This document shows positions 48,118 through 58,763 of a DNA stretch of 64,000 nucleotides, one piece after another. The notes under the pieces were generated by a model. It did no database searches. It saw only the letters and a list, made by a program, of their open reading frames with translations, and was not told the origin of the DNA. Position numbers and translations under genes: made by a program. The DNA lies in assembly GCA_964650355.1 (NCBI GenBank), contig CAZYTL010000002.1, positions 109,465-173,464 on the forward strand, given 5' to 3'. Positions within the stretch are counted from its first letter, which is position 1; each line of letters starts with the position of its first letter. The stretch is from an uncultured Gammaproteobacteria bacterium (GTDB taxonomy: Bacteria > Patescibacteriota > Microgenomatia > CAYXHB01 > CAZYTL01).

Positions 48118-49560
48118 TTAGCTTCTCTGGTCACCAACTATGTTCCAGGTATATTCTTGTCCAGTTTGGCCATAGGTATTCATGATTTTCATGACTTCCT
48201 CTCCTGATAATTTAGGAAGTAACATATCCATGATTCTGGCTCTTGCGGTATCTGTTTCAACTAGAGAGGCGATAAATTCATCTTGAGGGAAGCTTCCGAA
48301 GGCTGTTTTAAAGGACTTACTTAACCCTAGTACCGGGATTTCTTCTGATCCCGTTGGCGTGTCTCTCGTTATAGTGACGTCGGGGAACGAAACCATTGAG
48401 ACATGGAAATTGCCTCCCACAGCCCCTTTGGCTGGCTTTATCCGGTCTATTTTTATACCCTTTTCATTTACTCTTCTGGCGAAGTCTCCGATTTTCTGGG
48501 TATTAATCGCGATTTCTTGCCCTCTTCCTCCATGCGCACTGTTGAGACTAGCAGTGGTGTCATCTATAAAAAAAGGGTTCCCCATGGCCATTAGGTAATA
48601 CTGGATCAACCCTCCAAGATCATTTTCATGATATTTATCACCCAAGCCTTCTTTAAGATACCTCAAGTACTGGACGTCGAATCTCCATTTATGCGGCCAA
48701 ACAAAAGCTTCAAGGCCTCTTTCTATCTGTTCATAAACCTGGGTAACATACTCCGGAGTTTTCTCTCCTAATCTTAAGGGTAGACAAGCCCATTGTGCAC
48801 CCAACCGGAACCTACCTTGAGCTTCGTCTGCAAACGCTTGGGCGAAAAGATCAAGATAGGTCTGATAATCTTTAGGATCTAGCCAGACAAATTCATCGGC
48901 CCAAACCCCAACTACTGGAATTTCATGTTGCCGCCGAGGTTTGACTTCAGAGTACTCTTCGTCGATTTCTGGCATCCACCCCTCTCGAAGTTCTTCTTTC
49001 ATTGCTTCCAAGACTTTTTCTTTGTTAAAGCTTCTTCCTGTGTTTCTAGCGATCACGAGCTCGCGTCCCCAATCTGTGCTATTTAATTCATAATGCACAA
49101 ACCATAAGGGTAACTGCGGCGTGCTGTTGATGGCCTCGCAAAAAGCTCTCATGGTGTTAGTTTTTCCACTGCGTACATGTCCTAATCCTAAAACCCGGGA
49201 AATGTCTCCTCCCTGCTCATAAATTTGAGCTATTCTGCTGAGAGCGGTTTGCATAAGGGGATTGCCTGCTGCCCAGCCACAGTGAGGTAGGATTTTGCTT
49301 CCGTGACGCTCCCACCAACGGGCAGTGGCTTGCCTTTCTGGATCATTTATTTCGGGTTTCATTACCCGGTATAACTCACCGAGTACGACATAAGCTCCTA
49401 ACATGGTAACTTCCCTAGGATCGGTTTCTGGCGTGGCAATAATTTCTGCTCCTTCTAGGCCAGCAAAGCCCTTTTCTAGCACACGTTTTTGAGTGGCGTG
49501 AAAAACAGATTCCTGCCTTGATTCTCCGGGAGCTGTTTCACCTGATTCTTTTTCAGCCAT
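48118..49560 (-). CDS. hypothetical P-loop NTPase-like protein
   Basis: Walker A-like GHVRSGKT and Walker B-like VVGVWADEF; family not recognised. Confidence 0.35.
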   Translation of the reverse strand: MAEKESGETAPGESRQESVFHATQKRVLEKGFAGLEGAEIIATPETDPREVTMLGAYVVLGELYRVMKPEINDPERQATARWWERHGSKILPHCGWAAGNPLMQTALSRIAQIYEQGGDISRVLGLGHVRSGKTNTMRAFCEAINSTPQLPLWFVHYELNSTDWGRELVIARNTGRSFNKEKVLEAMKEELREGWMPEIDEEYSEVKPRRQHEIPVVGVWADEFVWLDPKDYQTYLDLFAQAFADEAQGRFRLGAQWACLPLRLGEKTPEYVTQVYEQIERGLEAFVWPHKWRFDVQYLRYLKEGLGDKYHENDLGGLIQYYLMAMGNPFFIDDTTASLNSAHGGRGQEIAINTQKIGDFARRVNEKGIKIDRIKPAKGAVGGNFHVSMVSFPDVTITRDTPTGSEEIPVLGLSKSFKTAFGSFPQDEFIASLVETDTARARIMDMLLPKLSGEEVMKIMNTYGQTGQEYTWNIVGDQRS

Positions 49561-49728
49561 ATTAATAGCATTTTAGCATAAGGATGTGTCTTTTTAGATA
49601 CTTAGAAGATCTTTTATTTAGCTTAGATTGTAGTGTCGTTACCAGGAAAGGCTGGAGGGTAAGGTTAGACATTTCCACGAGATGGTAGATTTTCTGCTTA
49701 AGCGAATCATTGGCGTGATAGGATAGAA

Positions 49729-51990
49729 GTGATGGGAAGAAAGAAGTGGGGATTGGTAATCGGGGGATTATTGATATTTGGTTTATGGATGGTAATAGGG
49801 ATATGGACGGACCCTACTCCAAGGATTGCAGGGACGGTAAAAGTATATGACCGCAATGGACAGTTGTTACACGAATCGGCCGGACAGGTAAGGAGTCAGC
49901 AGCCAGTGAAGCTGGATGAGATACCAAAGAATTTACAGCAAGCGGTAGTGATCACTGAAGATGCCCGGTTTTGGCAACATCAGGGAGTGGATGTGGCAGC
50001 TATTATCAGGGCGATAAGTCAAAACTGGCGAGCAGGTGAAATTGTTTCAGGGGCGAGTACGATTGAACAGCAGTTGGCAAGATTCACAGTCATCAGCCCC
50101 CAGAAGCCAGCACCGGTCACGTGGCAAAGAAAGGTCCGGGAACTGATCATGGCTTGGCGCTTGGGACAATCAAAATCTAAAGAGCAAATTTTAGAAGACT
50201 ATTTAAATGTGGTGCATTTGGGCAGAGGCAGGTACGGAGTGGAAGCGGCCAGTCAAGGTTATTTTGGTGAAGACGTGAGCCATTTATCTCTGTCTCAGTC
50301 AGCGCTGCTGGCAGGGATGATTGCTAATCCAAGTGAATTTGATCCTCTAAATCATCCTGACAAAGCCCGGCAACGACGCGACTTTGTGCTCGGGCAGATG
50401 GTGGCGAAAAAGTTAATTGATGAAGAAATGTATCACAGGGCAATCGCAGAGCCTCTACCCCAGGAGATGCACGACAAATCTTATTACATGCCGCATGCGG
50501 TAGAGATGATTGATAGGCAGTTGGACGAATTGGGAATTGATAAAAATTCTGGAGTTAAAGTGTTTACGAGTTTAGATCTGGGTTGGTATCGACTGGCACA
50601 GTCGATTGCTCAAAACCAGGTGGCAAGTTTAAAAGACCAGCACAATATCACCAATGCGGCAGTGGTGGTGATGGAAAATCAAACCGGTAAGATCAGGGTG
50701 TTGCTGGGAAGCGTGGATTATTTTAATCATCAAATAGAAGGCGAAAATAATATGGCCACGGCGTTGCGTCAACCGGGATCGGCCATGAAACCAGTGACTT
50801 ACGCGGCTGCTTTCCAAAGTAAAATTGCCACGCCGGCAACCTTGATCGAAGACGTGCCTAAGGTGTATATGACTCACGAAGGCAAAGGGTGGTTGCCACA
50901 TAATTATGACGGCCGTTACCGGGGAAATGTATTGGCACGGGAGGCCTTAGCCTCTTCTTATAATTTGCCGGCAGTGGAGATGTTAGAGAGGGTGGGGATA
51001 GAGAATTTCTTAGATTTGGCACATAAGATGGGAATCACCACCATGCAGGAGACCGACCGGTACGATCTGGCCTTGACTCTGGGAGGAGGAGAAGTGAGTT
51101 TATTAGAGTTAACTAATTTATACGCTACTTTTGCCAGAGGCGGACGGTGGTCGCCGATTACTTTTATTAATCAAATTACTAATGACCAGGGTGATATTTT
51201 ATACGAATCAAAAATTAGTAAGCCGGTACAGGTGTTGGATGCTGAAGTGGCTTGGTTAATTACAGATATTTTGAGTGATGCCCGGGCCAGGATGCCGACT
51301 TTTGGCGAAAAAAATCTTTTGGTAGTGAGCAGGCCAGCGGCGGTGAAGACAGGCACGACCACTGATTGGCATGACAATTGGACGGTGGGTTACACGCCTG
51401 ATTATACGGTCGGAGTGTGGGTGGGAAACGCGGATAATTCCGCGATGCAGGATCTGACCGGGGTAACAGGCGCGGCGCCGATCTGGCACCAGGAAATGGA
51501 AGAGTTGTTTAAATTTACTCCTAAAAGTGAGTTCGTAAAACCGGAAGGGGTTAAGGAAGTAGAAATTTGCGCCTGGGACGGTCTGCTGCCGACAGCGGCA
51601 TGTACTGAACGCTATCAAGAGGAGTTTATTGCTGGTACAGAACCAAAAGAATTTACGCCTTTGACGCAAAAACCCACCGTGGTGACGACCGGAGAATTGC
51701 AAATTATTAACCCTAAGTCAGGGGCAGTGTTTGCTATTAATCCGCCGGAAAAAAATCAAATTGTATTAGAAGCGGCCGCGAACCCGGAAATCAGGAAAAT
51801 AACCTGGACCTTAGATGGCAATGAACTGACTGATAAAGATTGTGCGGAATTGGATAAATATAGTTGTGTATGGACTCCAGTGTTGGGGAGTCATCGACTA
51901 TGGGCAAATTTTTATACTGACGACCAAGGGTGGGTGGAAACTCCAGAGATAGAATTTCAAGTGGTAGAACAGAAGGCTGGATGGGAATAA
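49729..51990 (+). CDS. pbpC: class A penicillin-binding protein (bifunctional transglycosylase/transpeptidase), PBP1C-like
   Basis: GT51 motifs EDARFWQHQGVD, GASTIEQQLAR, KEQILEDYLN; TP motifs SAMKP, SYN, KTGT; immediately upstream of A2M as in yfhM-pbpC loci. Confidence 0.8.
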   Translation: MMGRKKWGLVIGGLLIFGLWMVIGIWTDPTPRIAGTVKVYDRNGQLLHESAGQVRSQQPVKLDEIPKNLQQAVVITEDARFWQHQGVDVAAIIRAISQNWRAGEIVSGASTIEQQLARFTVISPQKPAPVTWQRKVRELIMAWRLGQSKSKEQILEDYLNVVHLGRGRYGVEAASQGYFGEDVSHLSLSQSALLAGMIANPSEFDPLNHPDKARQRRDFVLGQMVAKKLIDEEMYHRAIAEPLPQEMHDKSYYMPHAVEMIDRQLDELGIDKNSGVKVFTSLDLGWYRLAQSIAQNQVASLKDQHNITNAAVVVMENQTGKIRVLLGSVDYFNHQIEGENNMATALRQPGSAMKPVTYAAAFQSKIATPATLIEDVPKVYMTHEGKGWLPHNYDGRYRGNVLAREALASSYNLPAVEMLERVGIENFLDLAHKMGITTMQETDRYDLALTLGGGEVSLLELTNLYATFARGGRWSPITFINQITNDQGDILYESKISKPVQVLDAEVAWLITDILSDARARMPTFGEKNLLVVSRPAAVKTGTTTDWHDNWTVGYTPDYTVGVWVGNADNSAMQDLTGVTGAAPIWHQEMEELFKFTPKSEFVKPEGVKEVEICAWDGLLPTAACTERYQEEFIAGTEPKEFTPLTQKPTVVTTGELQIINPKSGAVFAINPPEKNQIVLEAAANPEIRKITWTLDGNELTDKDCAELDKYSCVWTPVLGSHRLWANFYTDDQGWVETPEIEFQVVEQKAGWE

Positions 51991-52051
51991 GCAAAGAATT
52001 TAATTAAAGTCATCGTTGACAAGCTATCAGATTTAAATTCACAATAAGATA

Positions 52052-55000
52052 ATGGCGGAACAGGAGGTGCCGAGGGGTGGGATTGGGAATAAAGCGGTGG
52101 AAGACGTGGTTGCCAATTCACCCGACAGTTTACCGAATACTGATAAGGCGAAGTTCAGAGGTTTTAAATTGATGGGGTGGTTTCATGAAGATCACAGAAG
52201 GTTACGGCATTTATGGTTAGTGCCGATAATTTATTTGGGGATATGGGCCGGGAGATACGGGGAGCAAATCATTCGATGGCGGCAATCCGGACAGATTAAT
52301 CATCCACTGATGGGTAAGTATTGGCAATACCTGGGTGCAACCGGTTTACTGATGGCTCTGCTGATTTTAAGGTATCTGCGAGTGCCACTATTTATGAAAG
52401 CGCTGGAGGTGGCCAAAAGAATGATTGAGTCAATCGTGGTGAGGTTGACTAAATCGTTAATGAATTGGGGAACTGAATTTTTACACGCGCCAGTAAAACA
52501 AAAGTTGTTGAAGTTGAAACTGCCCTTGTTGTTAGTCATCCTTTATGTCGGATATGCGTTTTACGGTCATTTGTTCGCTCCGCCGAAGATCACGGTAACT
52601 TTTCCTGGTGATGATGGCAAAAACATTCCGGTAGACACGACGATAGAAATTCAGTTCAGCCGGGAGATGAACAAAGAGTCGGTAGAGAAAGCTTTTAGCA
52701 TTAATCCGGGAGTGCCAGGTAATTTTGATTGGGAAAGTGGAGGCCGGGTGATTTTCCAACCGAGTGAAAGCCTGGCTTTGCACCAGGAGTACACGGTAAA
52801 GATCGGACGATGGGCGATGTCATCCTGGATGATTCCCAAATTGGTCGATGACGAGTTTAGTTTCAATACCCTGGGACACCCCACGGTGCTGTTAGCCAGC
52901 CCGCAAACTGAAGCGTTAGATGAGTTGAATTCTATCACGGTGATGTTTGATCGGGCGATGATTCCACTGACTACGGCCACGAACAGCGCGCTCAAGCAAC
53001 CGGCTTTCACGGTCACCCCAGAAATTAAGGGCGAGGGCCGCTGGCTGGGAACGACTGCTTATCAATTCCGGCCCAGCGAGCCTTACCAATTGGCATCGAC
53101 GTACACTTACCGGGTGGAAGCGGGATTAAAATCTGAAGACGGAGGCGAACTCCAGGAACCGGCTGTGTTTTCCTTCTCGACTCCCCGTCCTCATGTGGTA
53201 GCGGTGTCGCCAGCCCGGGGTTACAAATATGCTAATCCGGTGGCGTCGGTTTCGGCGACGTTAAGTCAGACAGTGGATTTCAGTTCTGCTAAAGAAAATG
53301 TTAAACTTTTTTACTTAAACGGCATTAGTTATGATGAGGTGCCATCAAAATTAGTAGTAAATAAGGAACAAATCGGGTTATATCCATTAAGTCCTTTAAA
53401 GAGAGAAGGGCTATACGAGGTAAAAATATTTCCCGGGCTATTGTCTACTAATGGCCCCAATGGTTTAGAAAATGAATATAATTGGAATTTTAATGTGGCT
53501 AAATTACCAGAGGTGGTAAGTACTAATCCGAAAGATGGCGCTCAGGATGTGACCGGTGAGCATCTGATAGAAGTATGGTTTGCCACACCCATGGATGAGG
53601 ATTCGTTTAAGGACAGAGTGATTATTTCTCCGGCGCCCGACAGTAACCCCACTGAATATTTTTCCACCTATAATGACGCTAACCGATTAGCGATCGGCAC
53701 GTATTTGGGCCGGTCAAAAAACTATACCATCACGATCAGCGGGCAGGTTAAGGATCAGTACGGAGTAGCCCTGGGACAGGACTATACCTTTTCTTTTAGC
53801 ACAGCACCTTATCAGCCCAGTATCAGTATTCAGCCCAGTAATTTGTACTTTGCCACTTTTAATCAGCGAGTAGTACCCAGAATTGTGGCCAAGGTGGTGA
53901 ATGTAAACCAGGTCAGTTACCGGTTGTATAAGTTACCCAGGGAAGAATTTTTAAAGTTATTTAGATATAGATTTGACTATAATGTTAACAAAGATTTAAG
54001 GAATTGGCAGGCTTATGATACTTCAGGGTTGGAACTGGTCAGGGAGTGGGAGGAGAATTTTACCATTAACGATAATGTGCCGGTAAATGTGATTACCAAA
54101 GTGGAGATGGCAAACGGAGAAATGATTTCCCCGGGGTTGTATTTCCTGGAGGCAAAGATTCCTACTGGGAAGCACGATAACCTGGCCATGGTAGTGAGCC
54201 AGGCAGCTTTGACTTTGAAAACGGCAGCGCAGCAATCATTGGTTTGGGCAGTAGACCAAAGCAGCGGTCAGGTAATTCAAGGCATGAAACTGGAATTAGT
54301 TAATAAGTCGGGTACGGTCTTGGATCAGGGACAGACTAATCAAGACGGAGTTTATCTGTCGGACAAATCCTTGGGAAGTGTTGATAGTTACAGCAATCCG
54401 GTATTCGCTTTTGCCAGTAAGGATCCGGATGCGACGGTGGTGACGAATGCCTGGGGTGAAGGGATCAGAACCTATGATTTCGGATTGCAGCAGTATTATG
54501 ACCCTCAGGAGAGGGATGAATGGGGGACGCAAAGAAAATTAAAGTTGTATGTGATGCTGGATCGGCCCATCTACAGGCCGGGGCAGACGGTCTACTTCAA
54601 AGGAATCGCACGGGAAGATAACGACGGTAACTATCGGTTACTGGACCAGGCGAACCAAGTCCAAGTGGCGGTAATGGATGATCAGCAAAAATTGATTTAT
54701 AATTCGTCACTACCCATGACAGGATACGGGACTTTTTCAGGAAGTTTTGATTTGGGCAAAGAAGTTAGCGTGGGTTATTATCAGCTGAAAGTAAGTTTGC
54801 TAGGCAACGGATTTCAGCAACAATTCCAGGTTGAAGAGTACCAAAAGCCGGATTTTGAAGTCAAAGTGAGTAGTGATCGGCCCAATTATGTGACGGGCGA
54901 ATCTGCGGTGATGAGTGTAGATGCTAATTTTTATTTCGGGGCTCCTGTGGATGAGGCGCCGGTGCAGTGGACGATGACCACGATGGATGCGCCTTACAGA

Positions 55001-58000
55001 TGGTCAAAAGATACCCGGTTTGAATTTGGCGAATCTGACAGTTATTGGTACCGGCCGTGGTGGTATTTTACTGACAACTCTTATTATGGAGGGCAAAGAA
55101 TAGCTCAAGGTAAGGGCAAAACAGATGATAAGGGTCATTATGAAGTCATTAGGCCGCTCAATATTAGCGACAAGTCAACTAACCAACGCATCAGGATGGA
55201 AGCGGTGGTGGAAGATCAAAGTAACCGGTCGATTGCTAATTCCCAAGAATTTGTGGTTTATCAGGCAGGGCAATTAGTGGGCATCAAACCCGAACGCTAT
55301 TCTGGCCAAGTGGATAACGAAGCCAGAGTGGAAGTGGTGACGATTGATACTAATGGCCAGGAAATAGCTGACCGCCCGGTAACAGTGAATTTTTATAAGC
55401 GCACCTGGAATACGGTAAAAGAAAAAGATGAGGATACCGGAGAATTTTATTGGACGAGCAAGCCCAGCGATGAGTTAAAAGCTTCGCAGTCAGTGGTAAC
55501 CGGAGCTATCGGCAGGGCGACAGCGGCGTTTGTGCCTAACGAAGGGGGCAGTTATTACGTGACTGCGGAAAGCGTTGATAATGCCGGCAGGGTGTTTAAA
55601 TCAGGTACTTACTTATGGATTTCCGGCCATGGCTTTAGCGCCCGGAGGGACAACCACGACCGGATTGTGTTGGTGCCTGACAAGCAAACTTACTCCATCG
55701 GAGAGGTAGCCAGTGTGTACGCGGCAGTTCCTTATGAACAGACTACCGGGCTGGTAACGGTGGAACGGGCTAATGTGCTGGATTATCAAATAATCAGGAC
55801 CACGCCTGATAACCAGAATTTTTCAGTCGCGATTAAGGATAACTACTCGCCGAATGCTTATGTGTCGGCTTTGTTGGTCAAACCCGGGGCAGAGGTAAAG
55901 AATCCGGCTGAGTTTAAGATGGGAGTGACAGAGATCAGGGTGGATAATCCGAAAACTAAGGTGGGGGTATCAATTAATCCTGATAAACCCAAATACGGCC
56001 CGGGGGAAACCATGAAAGCAGTGATTAGCACCAAAGACGGAACCGGCAAACCAGTGCAGACGGAACTGGCAGTGGCCATGGTGGATCAGGCAGTGTGGAG
56101 TTTGGCCAGGGCAAGTTTGGCAGATGTTTACGAAACTTTTTACCGGCCGCGCAACTTGGGAGTCTATACCAGTCAGGGATTGACGATTTCCATGGACCGG
56201 ATTAATGCCAATGTTAACCTGGGAAGCAAGGGCGGTTCGGGTGGAGGATGTTTTACCGGAGAGACTTTGATTTTGATGGGCGACGGAAGTAAAAAGATGA
56301 TTAAGCAGGTGGCGACTGGTGATTGGGTGTTAACTCGCAAAAATGAGCAGACAGACGAGATGGTGTCGGCCAAAGTAGAGCAGGTATTTGTGCACGACGT
56401 AAACGAAATTTTGGTGATTAATGATCAGTTACAAACCACAAGGGTACACCCGATTTACACCCAGAGAGGTTGGTTAACCGCGGGCGAGTTGCAAATCGGA
56501 GACCAGATGATGGATAGAGACGGCCACTGGGTGATAGTCACTAAGTTAGATGTGCAACAGACTGCCAAACGGGTGTATGATTTGGCAGTTGGTCAGTATC
56601 ACACTTATTTTGCCGGTGACATCTGGGTGCATAACAAAGGCGACGGTTTGATGACCAGCAGGGAGAATTTTCTGGATACGGCTTACTGGGAAGCGCATTT
56701 GGAAACTAATAATCAGGGACAGGCGGAAATTAACGTTGATTTGCCGGATAATCTGACCACCTGGAGACTGGCCGGGGTAGCGGTGAGCAAGGAAACAGCC
56801 GTGGGTAGTACTGAGAAGCAGGTGTTAGTGACCAAAGATGTGTTGATTCGGCCATTGTTGCCAAGATTTTTGTCCGTAGGAGATAAACCGCAACTAGGGC
56901 TGGAAGTGCATAATACCACGGGAGCAGGACAAAATCTGCAGACCAGCTTGATGGATGTGTCAGGTTTGCAGTTGCAGGCAAGTGTGAATCAGCAAATTTA
57001 TGTGCCGGCTGGTGGTTCGCGGCAGGTGTTCTGGCCGGTAACAGTAGCTGGAGGAGAAGAAGCTAAATTAACCATGGTGGTGCGCAATAATGGTCAGGTG
57101 GTTGATGCAGTAACCAAGACCCTGCCAGTGAAATCTTACTTTACTCCGGAAACAGTGGCCACGGCCGGTCAGGCAGCTGATGTGGGACAGGAAACGATTC
57201 ATTTACCAGCTGATGTGGTAGCTGATCAGGGATCTTTAACCATTGGACTGTCCCCTGCCTTGGGCGCTGGAGTCCAAGACGCGGCCAGTTATTTACTTGA
57301 TTATGCTTACTGGTGCGCTGAACAGACGGTTAACCGACTGATGCCGGCAGTGAATTTACTGCAATTGGCGCGGGAAACTAAGACGCAGACAATTGGCGGC
57401 CAGTCAACCGCCAGATTGGAACAGCTAGCTAATGATGCGATCCAAAGACTGGTGAGGAGCCAACACCCGGATGGGGGTTGGGGCTGGTGGCCCACTTACC
57501 CGTCCAGTCCGATGATCTCCACCATGGTCATGGATGGGTTATGGGCAGCTAAGAGTTATGGATTAACAGTGCCGGAACAAACAATCAGTCAAGGATGGGG
57601 ATATTTAAAGCGGTCTTTATCATCAGACCAGGAATCTCTGGATGTGCAGGCGTATATAGCGGCCACGGTATCGCAGGCAGAAAAGGTCGACGCTGGTGTG
57701 CTCTCCGGATTGATGGACCGGAGATGGGAAATGAAGTTACTGGGAAGAGCATATTTGTGGCTGGCCATAGAGCACAACGGGGGCAATCGCCAGGACGAGT
57801 ATCGATTAAGAGATGAGTTGTTATCGCAAGCCCGCAAGACTAATACATCGGTGCATTGGGAAGAGGAGAAGACTAATTGGTGGTTAATGAGTAGTTCCAC
57901 TACATTGACATCGGCCGTATTAGAAGGACTAACAGAAAACGATCCGCAACATCCTTTAATTTCAGAGACGGTCAGGTGGTTGATGCAGGTGCAACAAGAC

Positions 58001-58744
58001 GGACATTGGCGAACCACCAGGGATACAGGCGCGGCAGTGAAGGCGTTGACAAAGTTGTTATTGGCACAAAAGGCCGGATCGGTGGATGAACAATGGAAAT
58101 TAGAAGTTGATAACCAGCGTAGGGATGAAGGAGCATTCAAGACCAGCGATTTGTTGAAACAGGTGGTGAATACTATTCCCATAGCCGAAATTCCCAAAGT
58201 TCAAGACGTGCCGGTGACCATTAGTAAAAGCGGCAAAGGCAATCTGTTTTATAATATGAATCTGAAATATTATCTGCCGTTTGAACAAGTGGAGCCTCTG
58301 GAGCAAGGCATGGTGATGGTGAGAGAACTGGTGGACAAGAAAGGCAACCTGCTGCCGCCGGATAAGGTATCCACAGCAGATGAGATTTGGGTGCGACTGA
58401 TTCTAGTCACCCCGGATGAACGACACCACCTGGTACTGGAAGATCCGTTACCGGCTGGATTTGAGCCGGTAAATGAGAGTTTGGCCACCACATCATTGAT
58501 GAACGTGGAGCGACTGACCAGACCCAAGGACAGGAAGCCATTATATTTCCAACATCAAGAAATGCGGGATGACCGAGTGGTGCTGTTTGCCGAATGGGTG
58601 CCGGCCGGAGTGTACGAGTATACTTACCGGGTGAGGCCGACGACTCCGGGAAGTTATCATCATCCTCCCGCTCAAATTTATAACATGTATTTGCCTGATA
58701 TCTCCGGACATTCGGCTGGGGGATGGTTGGAAGTGACTGATTAA
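52052..58744 (+). CDS. alpha-2-macroglobulin family protein (bacterial A2M), membrane-anchored, with intact CAEQ thioester motif and an inserted Hint domain in the bait region
   Basis: N-terminal TM; MG-type repeats; post-bait A2M signature FLDTAYWEA…LPDNLTTWRLAG (cf. human FPETWIWD…PDTITEWKAG); thioester YAYWCAEQ at 57314..57325; C-terminal A2M receptor-binding-like domain. Confidence 0.85.
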   Translation: MAEQEVPRGGIGNKAVEDVVANSPDSLPNTDKAKFRGFKLMGWFHEDHRRLRHLWLVPIIYLGIWAGRYGEQIIRWRQSGQINHPLMGKYWQYLGATGLLMALLILRYLRVPLFMKALEVAKRMIESIVVRLTKSLMNWGTEFLHAPVKQKLLKLKLPLLLVILYVGYAFYGHLFAPPKITVTFPGDDGKNIPVDTTIEIQFSREMNKESVEKAFSINPGVPGNFDWESGGRVIFQPSESLALHQEYTVKIGRWAMSSWMIPKLVDDEFSFNTLGHPTVLLASPQTEALDELNSITVMFDRAMIPLTTATNSALKQPAFTVTPEIKGEGRWLGTTAYQFRPSEPYQLASTYTYRVEAGLKSEDGGELQEPAVFSFSTPRPHVVAVSPARGYKYANPVASVSATLSQTVDFSSAKENVKLFYLNGISYDEVPSKLVVNKEQIGLYPLSPLKREGLYEVKIFPGLLSTNGPNGLENEYNWNFNVAKLPEVVSTNPKDGAQDVTGEHLIEVWFATPMDEDSFKDRVIISPAPDSNPTEYFSTYNDANRLAIGTYLGRSKNYTITISGQVKDQYGVALGQDYTFSFSTAPYQPSISIQPSNLYFATFNQRVVPRIVAKVVNVNQVSYRLYKLPREEFLKLFRYRFDYNVNKDLRNWQAYDTSGLELVREWEENFTINDNVPVNVITKVEMANGEMISPGLYFLEAKIPTGKHDNLAMVVSQAALTLKTAAQQSLVWAVDQSSGQVIQGMKLELVNKSGTVLDQGQTNQDGVYLSDKSLGSVDSYSNPVFAFASKDPDATVVTNAWGEGIRTYDFGLQQYYDPQERDEWGTQRKLKLYVMLDRPIYRPGQTVYFKGIAREDNDGNYRLLDQANQVQVAVMDDQQKLIYNSSLPMTGYGTFSGSFDLGKEVSVGYYQLKVSLLGNGFQQQFQVEEYQKPDFEVKVSSDRPNYVTGESAVMSVDANFYFGAPVDEAPVQWTMTTMDAPYRWSKDTRFEFGESDSYWYRPWWYFTDNSYYGGQRIAQGKGKTDDKGHYEVIRPLNISDKSTNQRIRMEAVVEDQSNRSIANSQEFVVYQAGQLVGIKPERYSGQVDNEARVEVVTIDTNGQEIADRPVTVNFYKRTWNTVKEKDEDTGEFYWTSKPSDELKASQSVVTGAIGRATAAFVPNEGGSYYVTAESVDNAGRVFKSGTYLWISGHGFSARRDNHDRIVLVPDKQTYSIGEVASVYAAVPYEQTTGLVTVERANVLDYQIIRTTPDNQNFSVAIKDNYSPNAYVSALLVKPGAEVKNPAEFKMGVTEIRVDNPKTKVGVSINPDKPKYGPGETMKAVISTKDGTGKPVQTELAVAMVDQAVWSLARASLADVYETFYRPRNLGVYTSQGLTISMDRINANVNLGSKGGSGGGCFTGETLILMGDGSKKMIKQVATGDWVLTRKNEQTDEMVSAKVEQVFVHDVNEILVINDQLQTTRVHPIYTQRGWLTAGELQIGDQMMDRDGHWVIVTKLDVQQTAKRVYDLAVGQYHTYFAGDIWVHNKGDGLMTSRENFLDTAYWEAHLETNNQGQAEINVDLPDNLTTWRLAGVAVSKETAVGSTEKQVLVTKDVLIRPLLPRFLSVGDKPQLGLEVHNTTGAGQNLQTSLMDVSGLQLQASVNQQIYVPAGGSRQVFWPVTVAGGEEAKLTMVVRNNGQVVDAVTKTLPVKSYFTPETVATAGQAADVGQETIHLPADVVADQGSLTIGLSPALGAGVQDAASYLLDYAYWCAEQTVNRLMPAVNLLQLARETKTQTIGGQSTARLEQLANDAIQRLVRSQHPDGGWGWWPTYPSSPMISTMVMDGLWAAKSYGLTVPEQTISQGWGYLKRSLSSDQESLDVQAYIAATVSQAEKVDAGVLSGLMDRRWEMKLLGRAYLWLAIEHNGGNRQDEYRLRDELLSQARKTNTSVHWEEEKTNWWLMSSSTTLTSAVLEGLTENDPQHPLISETVRWLMQVQQDGHWRTTRDTGAAVKALTKLLLAQKAGSVDEQWKLEVDNQRRDEGAFKTSDLLKQVVNTIPIAEIPKVQDVPVTISKSGKGNLFYNMNLKYYLPFEQVEPLEQGMVMVRELVDKKGNLLPPDKVSTADEIWVRLILVTPDERHHLVLEDPLPAGFEPVNESLATTSLMNVERLTRPKDRKPLYFQHQEMRDDRVVLFAEWVPAGVYEYTYRVRPTTPGSYHHPPAQIYNMYLPDISGHSAGGWLEVTD
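56249..56635 (+). other. Hint (mini-intein / bacterial intein-like) domain, aa 1400-1528 of the A2M protein
   Basis: Block A CFTGETLILMGDG, block B LQTTRVHPIYTQRGWLTAGELQIGDQM (TxxH), blocks F/G VYDLAVGQYHTYFAGDIWVHN; no homing-endonuclease insert; +1 residue Lys; preceded by Gly-rich linker GSKGGSGGG. Confidence 0.75.
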
Positions 58745-58763
58745 GGCAAACGGATCGAGAAGC

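Noticed and set aside
56636-56638. Possibility that the Hint domain is a canonical protein-splicing intein
   Set aside because: The residue following the terminal His-Asn is Lys (AAA), not Cys/Ser/Thr, so standard trans-esterification and splicing is not possible. It is treated as a BIL/cleavage-type Hint instead.
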